Notes under the pieces: model-generated
Databases searched by the model: none
What the model saw: the letters and a program-made list of their open reading frames with translations, nothing else
Told to the model about the DNA's origin: nothing
Program-made: the position numbers and the translations under genes
Origin: Candidatus Pyrohabitans jungbluthii
GTDB taxonomy: Archaea; Hydrothermarchaeota; Hydrothermarchaeia; Hydrothermarchaeales; BMS3B
DNA: 64,000 bases
Direction of reading: 5' to 3'
NCBI GenBank assembly: GCA_002010065.2
Contig: MTMD02000002.1
Location: 288,001 to 352,000, forward strand
Shown here: positions 46,832 through 56,394 of the stretch, one piece after another
Layout: the number at the start of each line of letters is the position of its first letter
Position numbering within the stretch: position 1 is the stretch's first letter

Positions 46832-49291
46832 ATGGAAATAAGCATGAGCAGGCGCGAGTTTATAAAAGCCTCAGCAGCAACTGCGGCGATGCTTGCCGCT
46901 GGGATGAGTGCCCCAGCGATGGCAGCGCAGGGTGATGGCGAGATAAAGTTTGGCCGCGCTCAGTGTAGATTCTGCGGTACAGGGTGCACAGTACTCGTGG
47001 GCGTGCGCAACGGTAAAGTGGTTGCCGTCAAGGGTGATGCCAACTCGCCCATAAACTTCGGCAGGCTGTGCATGAAGGGCTACTCCCTGCCTCACATAAT
47101 GTACGGAGGCGGCGGCAAAGAGCGCCTGACCAAGCCAATGATCAGACAGCCCGACGGTAGCTTCAAGGAGGTAAGCTGGGACGAAGCTCTGGAGCTGATC
47201 GCAGATACCTTTGCGAAGTACATCAAGGAGTACGGCCCAGACAGCGTTGCCTGGTACGGCTCAGGGCAGAACAACACTCAAGAAGCGTACGCTGCCAACA
47301 AGCTGTTTAAGGGCATAATTGGCACGGCTAACGTTGAAGGTAACCCCAGGCTGTGTATGGCTTCTGCGGTAGGAGGGTACCTCAACACCTTTGGCGCAGA
47401 TGAGCCCGCTGGGAGCTATGACGACATAGACTATGCGGACACCTTCTTCATAATAGGCTCAAACATGGCGGAGCAGCATCCAATGCTCTTCCGCAGGGTT
47501 ATAGACAGGAAGAGCGCCTACCCGGACAGGGTGCGCGTCATTGTAGCAGACCCGCGCACAACACCTACTGCGAGGTACGCTGACCTTCACCTCAAATTCA
47601 AGCCGGGTACAGACATGTACCTGCTCAACGCAATGGCTTATGTTATAATAGAGGAGGACTTAGTTGACTATGAGCACCTGAAGTACTGCACCTTTGCCAA
47701 GGGGCTGGGCAAGGGCGAGGCTCTCGATTTTGATGCCTTCAGGGAGTTTCTGAAGGATTACGCGCCGGAGAAAGTGGAGGAGATAACCGGTGTTCCCGCG
47801 GAGGACATACGCTTAGCTGCGAAGTGGTTCGGGCGCAGAGGTTACTCAACCCTCAGTCTGTGGACCATGGGCTTGAACCAGCGCACTCAGGGCGTGGAGC
47901 TCAACTGCCAGGTGCACAACCTGCATCTGCTTACAGGTAAGATAGGCAAGCCCGGATGCGATTCTCTGAGCTTAACAGGGCAGCCCAACGCCTGCGGTGG
48001 CACTCGAGAGCAGGGCGGCTTAACTCACATCCTGCCGGGTCACCGTAAGGTTGCGAACGAGCAGCACCGCAAGGAGGTTGCTGAGGTCTGGGGCGTGCCC
48101 GTTGAGCAGATGCCCACGAAGCCCACTGGGCCAGCGGTCAACATGTTCATGCGCCTGGAGAAGGGGGAGATCAAGGCGATATGGATAAACACCACAAACC
48201 CGGCGCAGAGTTTGCCCAACGCAGACCGTTACCGTGAGGCAATGCGCAAGGCGTTTACTGTGGTGAGCGACATCTATCCCACGCGAACCACAGAAGTGGC
48301 GACGGTGATTCTGCCCAGCGCCATGTGGGTAGAGAAAGAAGGCATAATGGGTCAAACCGATAGAAGAAGCCAGTTCACGCCCAAGCTGGTTGACCCGCCA
48401 GGCGAGGCAAAGCCCGACTTCTGGCAGATTAACGAGGTCGCCAGACGCATCGCTGAAAAGCTTGGCAGAAAGACGAAGTTTAAAGTGAGAGACAGGAAGG
48501 AGCCAGTTAATGTCATCAAAGAAATAGAGGTCTATGGTCTGGGCTTCTACGATGACCCCAGGGTCCAGGAAGGAGAGATGACACCAGAGGAAGCTGCCTG
48601 GAACGAGTACAGAGTGCTCACAAAGGGTCGGGATGTTGACCTCTATGGCGCAACCTACGAGAAGCTCAAAGCCCACGCTGGCGGCGTACAGTGGCCATGC
48701 CCGAGCACAGAGTTTGACAACCGCGGCAGCAACAAGCGCTACATCTCCCGCGAGTATGCTATAAAGGTCTTCGGAACAGACAAGAAGAGGTATGCCACCG
48801 GCTACGTTACGCTCTACGACCAGCACCTGGAGGAGGAAGGCTACCCAGGACCAATAAACTACTACGGCAAGAAGGGCAAGGCGGTGATTCGCGCTCTAAT
48901 GCCAACTGTCGACTACGAGATGCCCGACAGCAGCTATCCCTTCGTGCTCAACACCGGCAGAGTTATCGAGCACTGGCACACTGGCACGATGACCATGCGT
49001 GTGCGCCTACTGCGTGAGCTTAATCCAGCGGCCTACGTGGAGATTCACCCAAGCGATGCTGAGAAGCTGGGCGTAAAGAGCGGTGAGAATGTGATGCTTA
49101 TCTCACCGCGCGGCAGCATTATACTCCCCGCCTGGGTAACAGAGCGCGCTCAGCCTGGCATGGTGTTCGTGCCCTGGTTCGACGAGACTAAGCTTATCAA
49201 CGACCTCACCGTGGACGTGCCCGAGAGCTGGTCAAAAGCGGCTGAGCCTGACTACAAGGTGTGCAAGATTAAGGTGGTCAAGGCCACCTAA
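46832..49291 (+). CDS. napA: Periplasmic-type nitrate reductase catalytic subunit
   Basis: SRREFIK Tat motif; CRFCGTGC...LCMKG; GSGQ; NPRLCMASAV; WTMGLNQ; SLTGQPNACG; GRVIEHWHTGTMT. Confidence 0.92.
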   Translation: MEISMSRREFIKASAATAAMLAAGMSAPAMAAQGDGEIKFGRAQCRFCGTGCTVLVGVRNGKVVAVKGDANSPINFGRLCMKGYSLPHIMYGGGGKERLTKPMIRQPDGSFKEVSWDEALELIADTFAKYIKEYGPDSVAWYGSGQNNTQEAYAANKLFKGIIGTANVEGNPRLCMASAVGGYLNTFGADEPAGSYDDIDYADTFFIIGSNMAEQHPMLFRRVIDRKSAYPDRVRVIVADPRTTPTARYADLHLKFKPGTDMYLLNAMAYVIIEEDLVDYEHLKYCTFAKGLGKGEALDFDAFREFLKDYAPEKVEEITGVPAEDIRLAAKWFGRRGYSTLSLWTMGLNQRTQGVELNCQVHNLHLLTGKIGKPGCDSLSLTGQPNACGGTREQGGLTHILPGHRKVANEQHRKEVAEVWGVPVEQMPTKPTGPAVNMFMRLEKGEIKAIWINTTNPAQSLPNADRYREAMRKAFTVVSDIYPTRTTEVATVILPSAMWVEKEGIMGQTDRRSQFTPKLVDPPGEAKPDFWQINEVARRIAEKLGRKTKFKVRDRKEPVNVIKEIEVYGLGFYDDPRVQEGEMTPEEAAWNEYRVLTKGRDVDLYGATYEKLKAHAGGVQWPCPSTEFDNRGSNKRYISREYAIKVFGTDKKRYATGYVTLYDQHLEEEGYPGPINYYGKKGKAVIRALMPTVDYEMPDSSYPFVLNTGRVIEHWHTGTMTMRVRLLRELNPAAYVEIHPSDAEKLGVKSGENVMLISPRGSIILPAWVTERAQPGMVFVPWFDETKLINDLTVDVPESWSKAAEPDYKVCKIKVVKAT

Positions 49292-49395
49292 AACCTTTTT
49301 TATTTTTAAAGCAGGTTTTGCTAAATTTTATTTTATAATTAGATTTATAAATTATTGGAGGGTTATACTTAAAATAAAAGTTTTTGGTGTTATAT

Positions 49396-49845
49396 ATGCG
49401 GCTTGCAGTAGTGCTTTTCCTGATAATGCTCATACTCGCAGGGTGTGTTGAGAAGGAAGAGGCAGTTGTAGCTACAGAGAAGAAACCTGCACCGCCGCTG
49501 GTTGAGGAAGCTCCCGAAGCCCCTGAAACCCAACTTCAGAAAGAAAAAGTTGAAAAAAAAGCTGGACTGACAATAGCCGATATTCTAAATAACCCAGCGG
49601 CATACGAAGGCAAGGAGGTAACACTGCGCGGCAGAGCTACGCCTGGCTTAGCCTTTGAATTTGTGGATGAGCAGCCCTATTTGCTGAGCGATGGTACGGG
49701 GGAGATATGGGTGATTACCCGGGCTATGATGCCTATGCAGGGGGCTGAAGTAACGGTGAGAGGCGAGGTGGTGGTACCCTACCAGATTAAGGGCCGCCAC
49801 TACGAGGTTGCGATCATTGAGATTGATAGGGAGGAAGAGTATTGA
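49396..49845 (+). CDS. OB-fold-like lipoprotein of unknown function
   Basis: LAGC lipobox; YEGKEVTLRG...LSDGTGEIWV. Confidence 0.65.
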   Translation: MRLAVVLFLIMLILAGCVEKEEAVVATEKKPAPPLVEEAPEAPETQLQKEKVEKKAGLTIADILNNPAAYEGKEVTLRGRATPGLAFEFVDEQPYLLSDGTGEIWVITRAMMPMQGAEVTVRGEVVVPYQIKGRHYEVAIIEIDREEEY

Positions 49846-50585
49846 GGCTGAGCAGGAGGAGCTTTATAAGGAGCTCTGCGCTGCTGTGGCTTGGCTTTTT
49901 CGGGTTTAAGATGAGAAGAGAGGTGCCTGTCATCCGTCCTCCAGGCGCGACGAGTGATTTTCTTGCACGCTGCATACGCTGCGGTAAGTGCGGCGAAGCC
50001 TGCCCCTATGACTCCATAAAGTTTTTCGACATAAGCGCGGGCGCAAACGTGGCAACGCCCTACATAGACCCCCTTGAGACGCCGTGCTATCTCTGCCTTA
50101 AGCGCACCAGCGAGGGCAAGGACGAGCCCCTCAGCGACTACCTTCTGTGTGGCGAAGCCTGTCCCACGGGCGCACTGAAGAAGATTAAGAACGACAGGGA
50201 TACGCTGCTTTCACTTCCCGATGAGCTGAAGATGGGCATTTCTGTGCTAAACCGCGATATTTGCCTAGCCTGGCAATACGATTCCTGCGGGGAGTGCTAC
50301 TACAACTGCCCTCTACGCGACGACGCCATGCTGGATTACCCGCCAAACGAGGTTATCACAGGTGCAGTAGGGATTCGCCCCTATGTTAATGAGAAGCACT
50401 GCGTGGGCTGCGGAATGTGCAACTACGTGTGCCCCGTGAATGAAAAGATAGCAAAGGCTACGGTAGAGCCTGGAAGGAAGCTTACATACTTCGAGGAGCG
50501 CTACGCTGCCATGGTGAGAAATGTTATAGGCAAAGCAGGACGCGAAGTAAAGCTCCCAGCGGTGCGTGTGGTTAAGAGGGTGTAG
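49842..50585 (+). CDS. napG: NapG/MauM ferredoxin-type protein
   Basis: SRRSFI; IRPPGA; CIRCGKCGEACP; PCYLC; CLAW..CGECYYNCP; CVGCGMCNYVCP. Confidence 0.88.
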   Translation: MRLSRRSFIRSSALLWLGFFGFKMRREVPVIRPPGATSDFLARCIRCGKCGEACPYDSIKFFDISAGANVATPYIDPLETPCYLCLKRTSEGKDEPLSDYLLCGEACPTGALKKIKNDRDTLLSLPDELKMGISVLNRDICLAWQYDSCGECYYNCPLRDDAMLDYPPNEVITGAVGIRPYVNEKHCVGCGMCNYVCPVNEKIAKATVEPGRKLTYFEERYAAMVRNVIGKAGREVKLPAVRVVKRV

Positions 50586-50586
50586 C

Positions 50587-51432
50587 ATGAAGGTAAAGGT
50601 GATAAGGCGGGTGTTTCAGCTTGCTGTGCTTGCCGTGCTCATCGCTGTGCCTATTTACACCCAGAACCCCATAGAGTGGGCGCCCTCGCGCATAGCTCTG
50701 GGAGAGCTTCCTCCCCCCAGGGTTTCTCAGGTGTGGGGTGACACCTGGAGCTTCAGCTTTTACGGCATAAACATAACCCATCCCCTCGCCGCTCTAGAAG
50801 CGATTCTCGCTGCAAAGGTGGTTTACCTCCCCCTTCTAATGGCAACGCTTCTCCCCCTGGCAATAACGCTGCTTCTGGGCAGGGTATTCTGCTCCTGGCT
50901 GTGCCCTGTTGGCTTTCTGCTGGAGCTGAATCAGAGGCTCAGGGGTTTCCTCAGGGAAAAAGGCATCGCAAAGGATGTAAAGCTGCGCGATTACCGATAC
51001 CACTTACTCGGCTTTACCTTAGCGCTTACCTTCTTCTTTGCCACGCCTGTGGTTTCCGCATTTGACCCGCCTCATGTGTTTGGAAGGGAGCTTTTCTATC
51101 TGTTCACTTACCATAGCGTAAGTTTAGGAGGCATAGCCCTGCTAATTGGAATCTTTGCATTCGAAACTCTCGCCTCTGAGCGCGCTTGGTGCCGCTCGTT
51201 CTGCCCAGCGGGAGGCCTTCTTTCTCTTCTCGGAGCGAAAAGGCTTATTAAAATACAGAAAAAAAAGGAGCGCTGCGTGCTCTGCGGGGAATGCAACATT
51301 GCATGCCCCTACAATCTGCGTCCGGTTGAGCTGGGCATAGATAAGGATTTTAATGATAAAACTTGCGATAACTGTGGGCTGTGCAGGGATGCATGCCCTG
51401 CTGGGGCCCTGTACTATACTATAAGGAGGTGA
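50587..51432 (+). CDS. napH: NapH membrane quinol dehydrogenase subunit
   Basis: GRVFCSWLCP, RAWCRSFCP, two C-terminal [4Fe-4S] motifs. Confidence 0.88.
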   Translation: MKVKVIRRVFQLAVLAVLIAVPIYTQNPIEWAPSRIALGELPPPRVSQVWGDTWSFSFYGINITHPLAALEAILAAKVVYLPLLMATLLPLAITLLLGRVFCSWLCPVGFLLELNQRLRGFLREKGIAKDVKLRDYRYHLLGFTLALTFFFATPVVSAFDPPHVFGRELFYLFTYHSVSLGGIALLIGIFAFETLASERAWCRSFCPAGGLLSLLGAKRLIKIQKKKERCVLCGECNIACPYNLRPVELGIDKDFNDKTCDNCGLCRDACPAGALYYTIRR

Positions 51433-51437
51433 AAGAG

Positions 51438-51674
51438 TTGCCAGTATCTGGAGCTGTTGTTGTGCCTGTGCCGGGCAAAGAGAAAGAGGTAGAGAAGAGT
51501 CTCAGAGCTCTGCCCGGCGTGGAGGTTAAAGGCAGGGGAAGCAAAGGTATCGCCGTTGTAATGGAGGGCGAGTCAACAAAGGAGCTGAAGAAGCTATCAG
51601 AGAAGATAGAGAAGTGGGACGACGTTGTGGACTTCCAGCTTGTGTACCTTAACGTGGAGGACGAGGTGGAGTGA
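51438..51674 (+). CDS. napD: NapD chaperone
   Basis: TTG start after GGAGGTGA; PVSGAVV...LPGVEV...IAVVME...LVY. Confidence 0.75.
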   Translation: MPVSGAVVVPVPGKEKEVEKSLRALPGVEVKGRGSKGIAVVMEGESTKELKKLSEKIEKWDDVVDFQLVYLNVEDEVE

Positions 51675-52783
51675 GCAAGCTAGGCTTTGTGGGTACGCCG
51701 TGTCAGATTCAGGGACTGAGAAAGGCCCAGGCTTTGGGTGACCAGCTTAAGCAGAACTGGGCAAATAGGGTAGGCTTTACTGTAGGTCTTTTCTGCATGG
51801 GCAACTGGAGCTACCCCTGTATCAAGGGTTACCTGGAGAAGCACGGGATTGAGCTTGAAAAGGTGAGGAAGGTCGAGATCTCTGGCTACGAGGTTGAGGT
51901 TTCGCTTAATGGCAGCAAGCTTGTGATACCCCTCGCTGGTTTGAGAAAGTACGTCAAGCTTGCGTGTAAACTCTGCTTGGATTTTGCCTCTGAGCTTGCC
52001 GACATAAGCGTGGGCAGTATTGGCTCACCCCGTGGGTGGAGCACAGTAATTGTGCGCTCTAAGCTGGGGGAGGAAGTGGTTACCCGAGCGGAGGCGGCGG
52101 GAGAGATTGAGACTCGCGAAGTTGATGAGGAACAGCTCGCGAAGCTCGCAGAGGTTGCCGGAAAGAAGATTGAAAGGAACACCAGGAGAATTCTAGGCAG
52201 GGCAAGACAGGGCATGTCCATACCCCACTTCAATACGAGGCTTGGCACAAGCCTTGAGGAACTCCTGCCCCTCGCCCAGGGCAAGGGCTTTACTGAGCTC
52301 TGGAATGAGATAGTAGCCACTGGGTTATGCGACGCCTGCGGCGCATGCAGCGCTGCGTGCGAGTATATAGAGATGAGAAACGGCCTGCCGAGACTTAAAA
52401 AGCGCTGCCCACAGGATTGCAACAGGTGCTACCTCGCGTGCACTCGCACCGCACTGCCTGTTAGAGCGCTGGAAAAGAATCTCGACCTTGGAGATACTTA
52501 CAGGCAGTACCTGGGCAAGTACTGGCGCGTGTTGGCGGTGCGCGCCACCAGCGAGGAGCTACTCGCCCGCGCACAGAACGGCGGCGCTGTTACAGCACTG
52601 CTTAAATTTTCTTTAACTAGAGGTTTCATAGATGGGGTGGTGCTCACCTGCAGAGGCGAAGCGTGGGAACCTCGTGCAGTTCTCGCAAGAAGCGGGGCTG
52701 ATATTTCCAACTGTGCCGGTACAGTATACGCTGCCTCAACACCTCTTCCGCTGTTTAGGCGTATTAAACTTATATCAACCTAA
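51671..52783 (+). CDS. FrhB/FdhB/FpoF-family F420-interacting subunit with permuted domain order
   Basis: VGTPCQ, GLFCMGN, CKLCLDF...ADISVGSIG..GW precede CDACGACSAAC and AQNGGAVTALL. Confidence 0.8.
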   Translation: MSKLGFVGTPCQIQGLRKAQALGDQLKQNWANRVGFTVGLFCMGNWSYPCIKGYLEKHGIELEKVRKVEISGYEVEVSLNGSKLVIPLAGLRKYVKLACKLCLDFASELADISVGSIGSPRGWSTVIVRSKLGEEVVTRAEAAGEIETREVDEEQLAKLAEVAGKKIERNTRRILGRARQGMSIPHFNTRLGTSLEELLPLAQGKGFTELWNEIVATGLCDACGACSAACEYIEMRNGLPRLKKRCPQDCNRCYLACTRTALPVRALEKNLDLGDTYRQYLGKYWRVLAVRATSEELLARAQNGGAVTALLKFSLTRGFIDGVVLTCRGEAWEPRAVLARSGADISNCAGTVYAASTPLPLFRRIKLIST

Positions 52784-52872
52784 ACTAAATTTTAATTTTA
52801 AAATCTCTTTTAAACCACTTTTTAAAAAAACCTATTTAACATATGAGGGGAAGGTGATTACCGGGTGAGAAT

Positions 52873-54357
52873 ATGAGAGCAAAATATCTCTTAATTTTCG
52901 CAATAGCTGCAGCAATGGTGCTCAGCACAGTTAATGCACAGGGATTTAAAGAACCTGGTGCACCATGCCTGAGCTGCCACGATACAGTGACTCCTGGCAT
53001 AGTGAAGCAGTGGGAGGAGAGCAAGCACAGCAAAGTCGGGATAAAGTGCTACGTGTGCCACCTCGCTAAAGAGGACGACCCCTCTGGCTTTGAACACATG
53101 GGGTATAGAGTTACCGCCGTTGTGTCGCCACGCTACTGCGAGAGCTGCCATCCCAAGCAGGTAGCCGAGTTTTCAAAGAGCAAGCACGCATGGACAGCGT
53201 TCATAGGACCACTGAAGCCCTGGTACAAAGAGATGGTCAAGCAGGGCAAGGACCCACTGAAAGTGGAGACCGCTTTGGAAGTCAACCCCAGGGACTTCAT
53301 AAGAGACAAGCTCACGCCGCTCTATCCAGACAGCGGTGCCCTGAAGCGCGCGGGCTTGCTGGACTCAAAGGACTACAACCACGAGAACCAGGTGCTGGGC
53401 TGCCTTGAGTGTCACGGCTCCTACATAATAGCCAAGGACGGCAAGATCCTGGATGGCTGGCCCAACAACGGTATAGGCAGGGTTAACCCAGATGGTAGCC
53501 TTGGCTCCTGCACCGCCTGCCACACGAGGCACAGGTTCAGCATAGCAGAGGCGCGCAAACCCGAGACCTGCGGTCAGTGCCACCTCGGCCCAGACCACCC
53601 ACAGATAGAGATATACGAGGAGAGCAAGCACGGCAACATCTATGCGAGCAGCGGTGAGGAGTGGAACTGGGATGTTCCTCCAGGACAGTGGGGTCCGGAG
53701 GATATAGCTGCGCCCACCTGTGCAACCTGCCACATGTCTGGCTTTGGCGGCGTGGTTGAGAGCACCCACGACGTAGGTGCGAGGCTCTACTGGGAGCTCC
53801 AGCCCAAGAAGTCAGTGCCCCAGTGGGACGACCCGAGCTTAGTGCCTCTGGGCAAGCAGAAGCCTGACGAGGAGCAGGCGAAGAAGGGCAGAGCAGAGAT
53901 GAAGAAGGTTTGCAGGGTGTGCCACGCCAGCGACTGGGTTGACGGCTACTTCGAGAGCTTCGACAAGGTAGTCAACGACTACAACAAGGTCTATGACTAC
54001 ACCAAGAAGCTTCTTGACACAGCCTACGAGGAGGGCTTGATAGACAAGTCCAACCCCATCGACGAGATTCCAGAGATAATGTACTACTACATCTGGCACC
54101 ACGACGGTCGCAGGTGGAGGATGGGCGCCAGCATGATGGCACCCGACTGGACCCATTGGAACGGTGCAGTGGACGCGCTACTGGACAAGCTCAACATGAT
54201 GGAAGAATGGATAAAGATGCAGCGAGAGAAGAAGCAGCTCGAGGAGCGCGTTGCTGCACTTGAGCAGAAGAAGGGCGTGTGCGGTCCCACAGCGATTGCT
54301 GCGCTTGCACTGGTGCCAATCGCCGGCTATGCAGTGCTGAGGAGAAGGAAGCTCTAA
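52873..54357 (+). CDS. Octaheme HAO-family cytochrome c with CGP-CTERM-like anchor
   Basis: Eight CxxCH motifs; GPDHPQIEIYEESKHG; APTCATCHM; DWTHWNG; GVCGP-TM-RRRK. Confidence 0.88.
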   Translation: MRAKYLLIFAIAAAMVLSTVNAQGFKEPGAPCLSCHDTVTPGIVKQWEESKHSKVGIKCYVCHLAKEDDPSGFEHMGYRVTAVVSPRYCESCHPKQVAEFSKSKHAWTAFIGPLKPWYKEMVKQGKDPLKVETALEVNPRDFIRDKLTPLYPDSGALKRAGLLDSKDYNHENQVLGCLECHGSYIIAKDGKILDGWPNNGIGRVNPDGSLGSCTACHTRHRFSIAEARKPETCGQCHLGPDHPQIEIYEESKHGNIYASSGEEWNWDVPPGQWGPEDIAAPTCATCHMSGFGGVVESTHDVGARLYWELQPKKSVPQWDDPSLVPLGKQKPDEEQAKKGRAEMKKVCRVCHASDWVDGYFESFDKVVNDYNKVYDYTKKLLDTAYEEGLIDKSNPIDEIPEIMYYYIWHHDGRRWRMGASMMAPDWTHWNGAVDALLDKLNMMEEWIKMQREKKQLEERVAALEQKKGVCGPTAIAALALVPIAGYAVLRRRKL

Positions 54358-54359
54358 GC

Positions 54360-54382
54360 TTCCTGTTCTTTTTCCTTTTTTT
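54360..54382 (+). terminator. Oligo-T terminator-like tract
   Basis: ttcctgttctttttccttttttt directly after the octaheme gene stop. Confidence 0.5.
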
Positions 54383-54432
54383 GAACATGTTCGCACAAAA
54401 TTATTTTATAAGTTTGGGGGTTATTTATTACT

Positions 54433-54552
54433 ATGAAGAAGTGTGAAAACTGTCAGCGGAGCGAGGAGGAAGTCCCTGTCCTCAAGTACTATCATAAGGG
54501 CGATAAGCACTACATTTGCTCGCGCTGCCTGCCAATGCTCATTCATGGTTAG
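54433..54552 (+). CDS. 39-aa CxxC/CxxC metal-binding microprotein (not in ORF track)
   Basis: MKKCENCQRSEEEVPVLKYYHKGDKHYICSRCLPMLIHG; starts about 25 nt after a TTTTATAA box. Confidence 0.65.
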   Translation: MKKCENCQRSEEEVPVLKYYHKGDKHYICSRCLPMLIHG

Positions 54553-54557
54553 GTACT

Positions 54558-55748
54558 ATGATAACACTGATACTGCGCTTTCTTGCAGCGGCGCTTGTGT
54601 ATTTTATTGTAGCGCTACTTCTGGGTATAGCTCAGCTTTTTAATCTTTCTTTCCTTACCCCTGCTCACGTCCACCTTGCCTTTGTGGGCTTTGTTTGCGG
54701 TGTTATCATCGCTACAATGTACCAGCAGGTGCCCACGCTGACCGGAGCGGAGCTTCACAGTAAGCGAGCAGCGCGGGCGAGCTTCTGGTTTTTCAACGCT
54801 GGCATAGTGGTCTTCTCCGTGAGCTACCCAAAGTTCAGACTCCTCGCATCTGCAGGCGCTTTGCTATTGCTCATCGCCTTCTATCTTTTCACCTACAACG
54901 TCATAGCAACTATTTCCAACAGGAAGGGCGAGAGCTACGTATTCAAGTTCTACTCCGCCTCGAGCATTTTCCTGAGCATCGCCTCAACGCTGGGATTTCT
55001 GTTTACAGTCAACCCCTCACTAATAAGCTATCGCCCCACCCATGTTCACCTCGCTTTAGTGGGCGGAGTGGCGCTCATTATCGTGGGCGCAATGTCCTGG
55101 ATGCTCCCCATGGTTGTGGTTAAGGAGATTTACAGCAAACGCTGGATGGACTACGTGTTCTATGCTATTGTGGTCGCATCTCTCGGCTTAGCTTTTGGTC
55201 TCGCACTTTCCAAAACTCTTGCCCTGCTTTCTGGCTTCATTTTGCTGGCTGCTGTCCTGCTCTTCATCTGTGACATGGTGAAGAGCTACACCGCTCCGAC
55301 CAAAACGGCGTTCAAATCCACGCCTGTGGAGGCCAAGTTCTTCTTAGCTGCCCTAGCCTACCTTGCGCTTACACTGCTGCTTGGCTTAGCTCTGGTGCTG
55401 TTCCCCCTAGGCAGAGGCTTTGTGATTGCCCATGCCCATCTCGCCGCCCTTGGTTTTGTGGTTCAGACGGTAATTGGCGGGCTTTACCATGTGATACCTA
55501 CACTTGCATGGACGAAGCTCATAGCCAGCGAGAAGGAACGAGCGCCCTCCTCATTTAAAGAGCTTTTCTCAGCCGAGCGCTCGCGATGGGTTTTCATAGC
55601 TTTTAACGTGGGCACCCTCCTCCTCGCCTCTGGCTTTGCTTTCGCAATCAAAGGCGTAACCTTTTTTGGCGCACTTCTTGTTGCCTTCGCATGCATCGCC
55701 TTCGCAGCTGAGATGCTGGGTGTAATAAGGAGAGCTGGCGCTATTTGA
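54558..55748 (+). CDS. Polytopic membrane protein, NnrS/heme-copper-oxidase-like
   Basis: About 12 TM segments in three repeats, each with HxHL (HVHLAFVG, HVHLALVG, HAHLAALG). Confidence 0.65.
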   Translation: MITLILRFLAAALVYFIVALLLGIAQLFNLSFLTPAHVHLAFVGFVCGVIIATMYQQVPTLTGAELHSKRAARASFWFFNAGIVVFSVSYPKFRLLASAGALLLLIAFYLFTYNVIATISNRKGESYVFKFYSASSIFLSIASTLGFLFTVNPSLISYRPTHVHLALVGGVALIIVGAMSWMLPMVVVKEIYSKRWMDYVFYAIVVASLGLAFGLALSKTLALLSGFILLAAVLLFICDMVKSYTAPTKTAFKSTPVEAKFFLAALAYLALTLLLGLALVLFPLGRGFVIAHAHLAALGFVVQTVIGGLYHVIPTLAWTKLIASEKERAPSSFKELFSAERSRWVFIAFNVGTLLLASGFAFAIKGVTFFGALLVAFACIAFAAEMLGVIRRAGAI

Positions 55749-55921
55749 GCCCGCGGAAGCTAAACAATTTTGGTGAGGATGGTTGATAACCGCCACTTGG
55801 CTGCTGCCAAGCGGCTGGGTGGGTGCAGCGCCCTTATCTGGTACGGAGGGGGTAATAGGGGCGGGGAAGGCGCACCTATATCTCAACTTTCTTATACCAT
55901 GAGTCACCATAGAAGTAGGGT

Positions 55922-56392
55922 ATGAAAATTAAAAAACCTGCCACAGAGAATGAACGCGTTCTCGCAACCTTTTTGCTTGTGTTCATAGTTTATTTTGGGC
56001 TGGACTCTCTCGCGTCGCTTGTATTTACAGAGGAGAGCCTTTCCTTTCTAAGATATCGCCTCACCCTCTCCTTCATTATAGGGATAATCGCAGGCGCGCT
56101 CTTCTACCTGTGGGCAAAGCCCGAGGAGGAAGAAAAGCCTGAGGAAAAGCCAAAGGTGCTGGACAAGAGCTATGCCATACTTGAGCGCGCCCTGAGCGAG
56201 GACGAAGCTTTGCTTCTCGAGATAATCAGAGAGAATGAGGGCATAACTCAGGACTCGCTTCGCTTTCGCACAGGTTTTTCCAAATCAAAGGTAAGCGCGC
56301 TCCTGCTCAACCTGGAGAAGAAGGGGATAATCACCAGGGAGAGGCTGGGAAGAACGTACAAGGTTTTTATTGCAGACTGGATTAAGAAGTGA
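55922..56392 (+). CDS. Membrane-anchored winged-helix regulator
   Basis: Two TM segments then GITQDSL...SKSKVS..L..LEKKGII.RERLGRT. Confidence 0.75.
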   Translation: MKIKKPATENERVLATFLLVFIVYFGLDSLASLVFTEESLSFLRYRLTLSFIIGIIAGALFYLWAKPEEEEKPEEKPKVLDKSYAILERALSEDEALLLEIIRENEGITQDSLRFRTGFSKSKVSALLLNLEKKGIITRERLGRTYKVFIADWIKK

Positions 56393-56394
56393 TG

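Noticed and set aside
55749-55921. G-rich intergenic stretch as a possible ncRNA
   Set aside because: No tRNA cloverleaf, C/D boxes or convincing structure recognised
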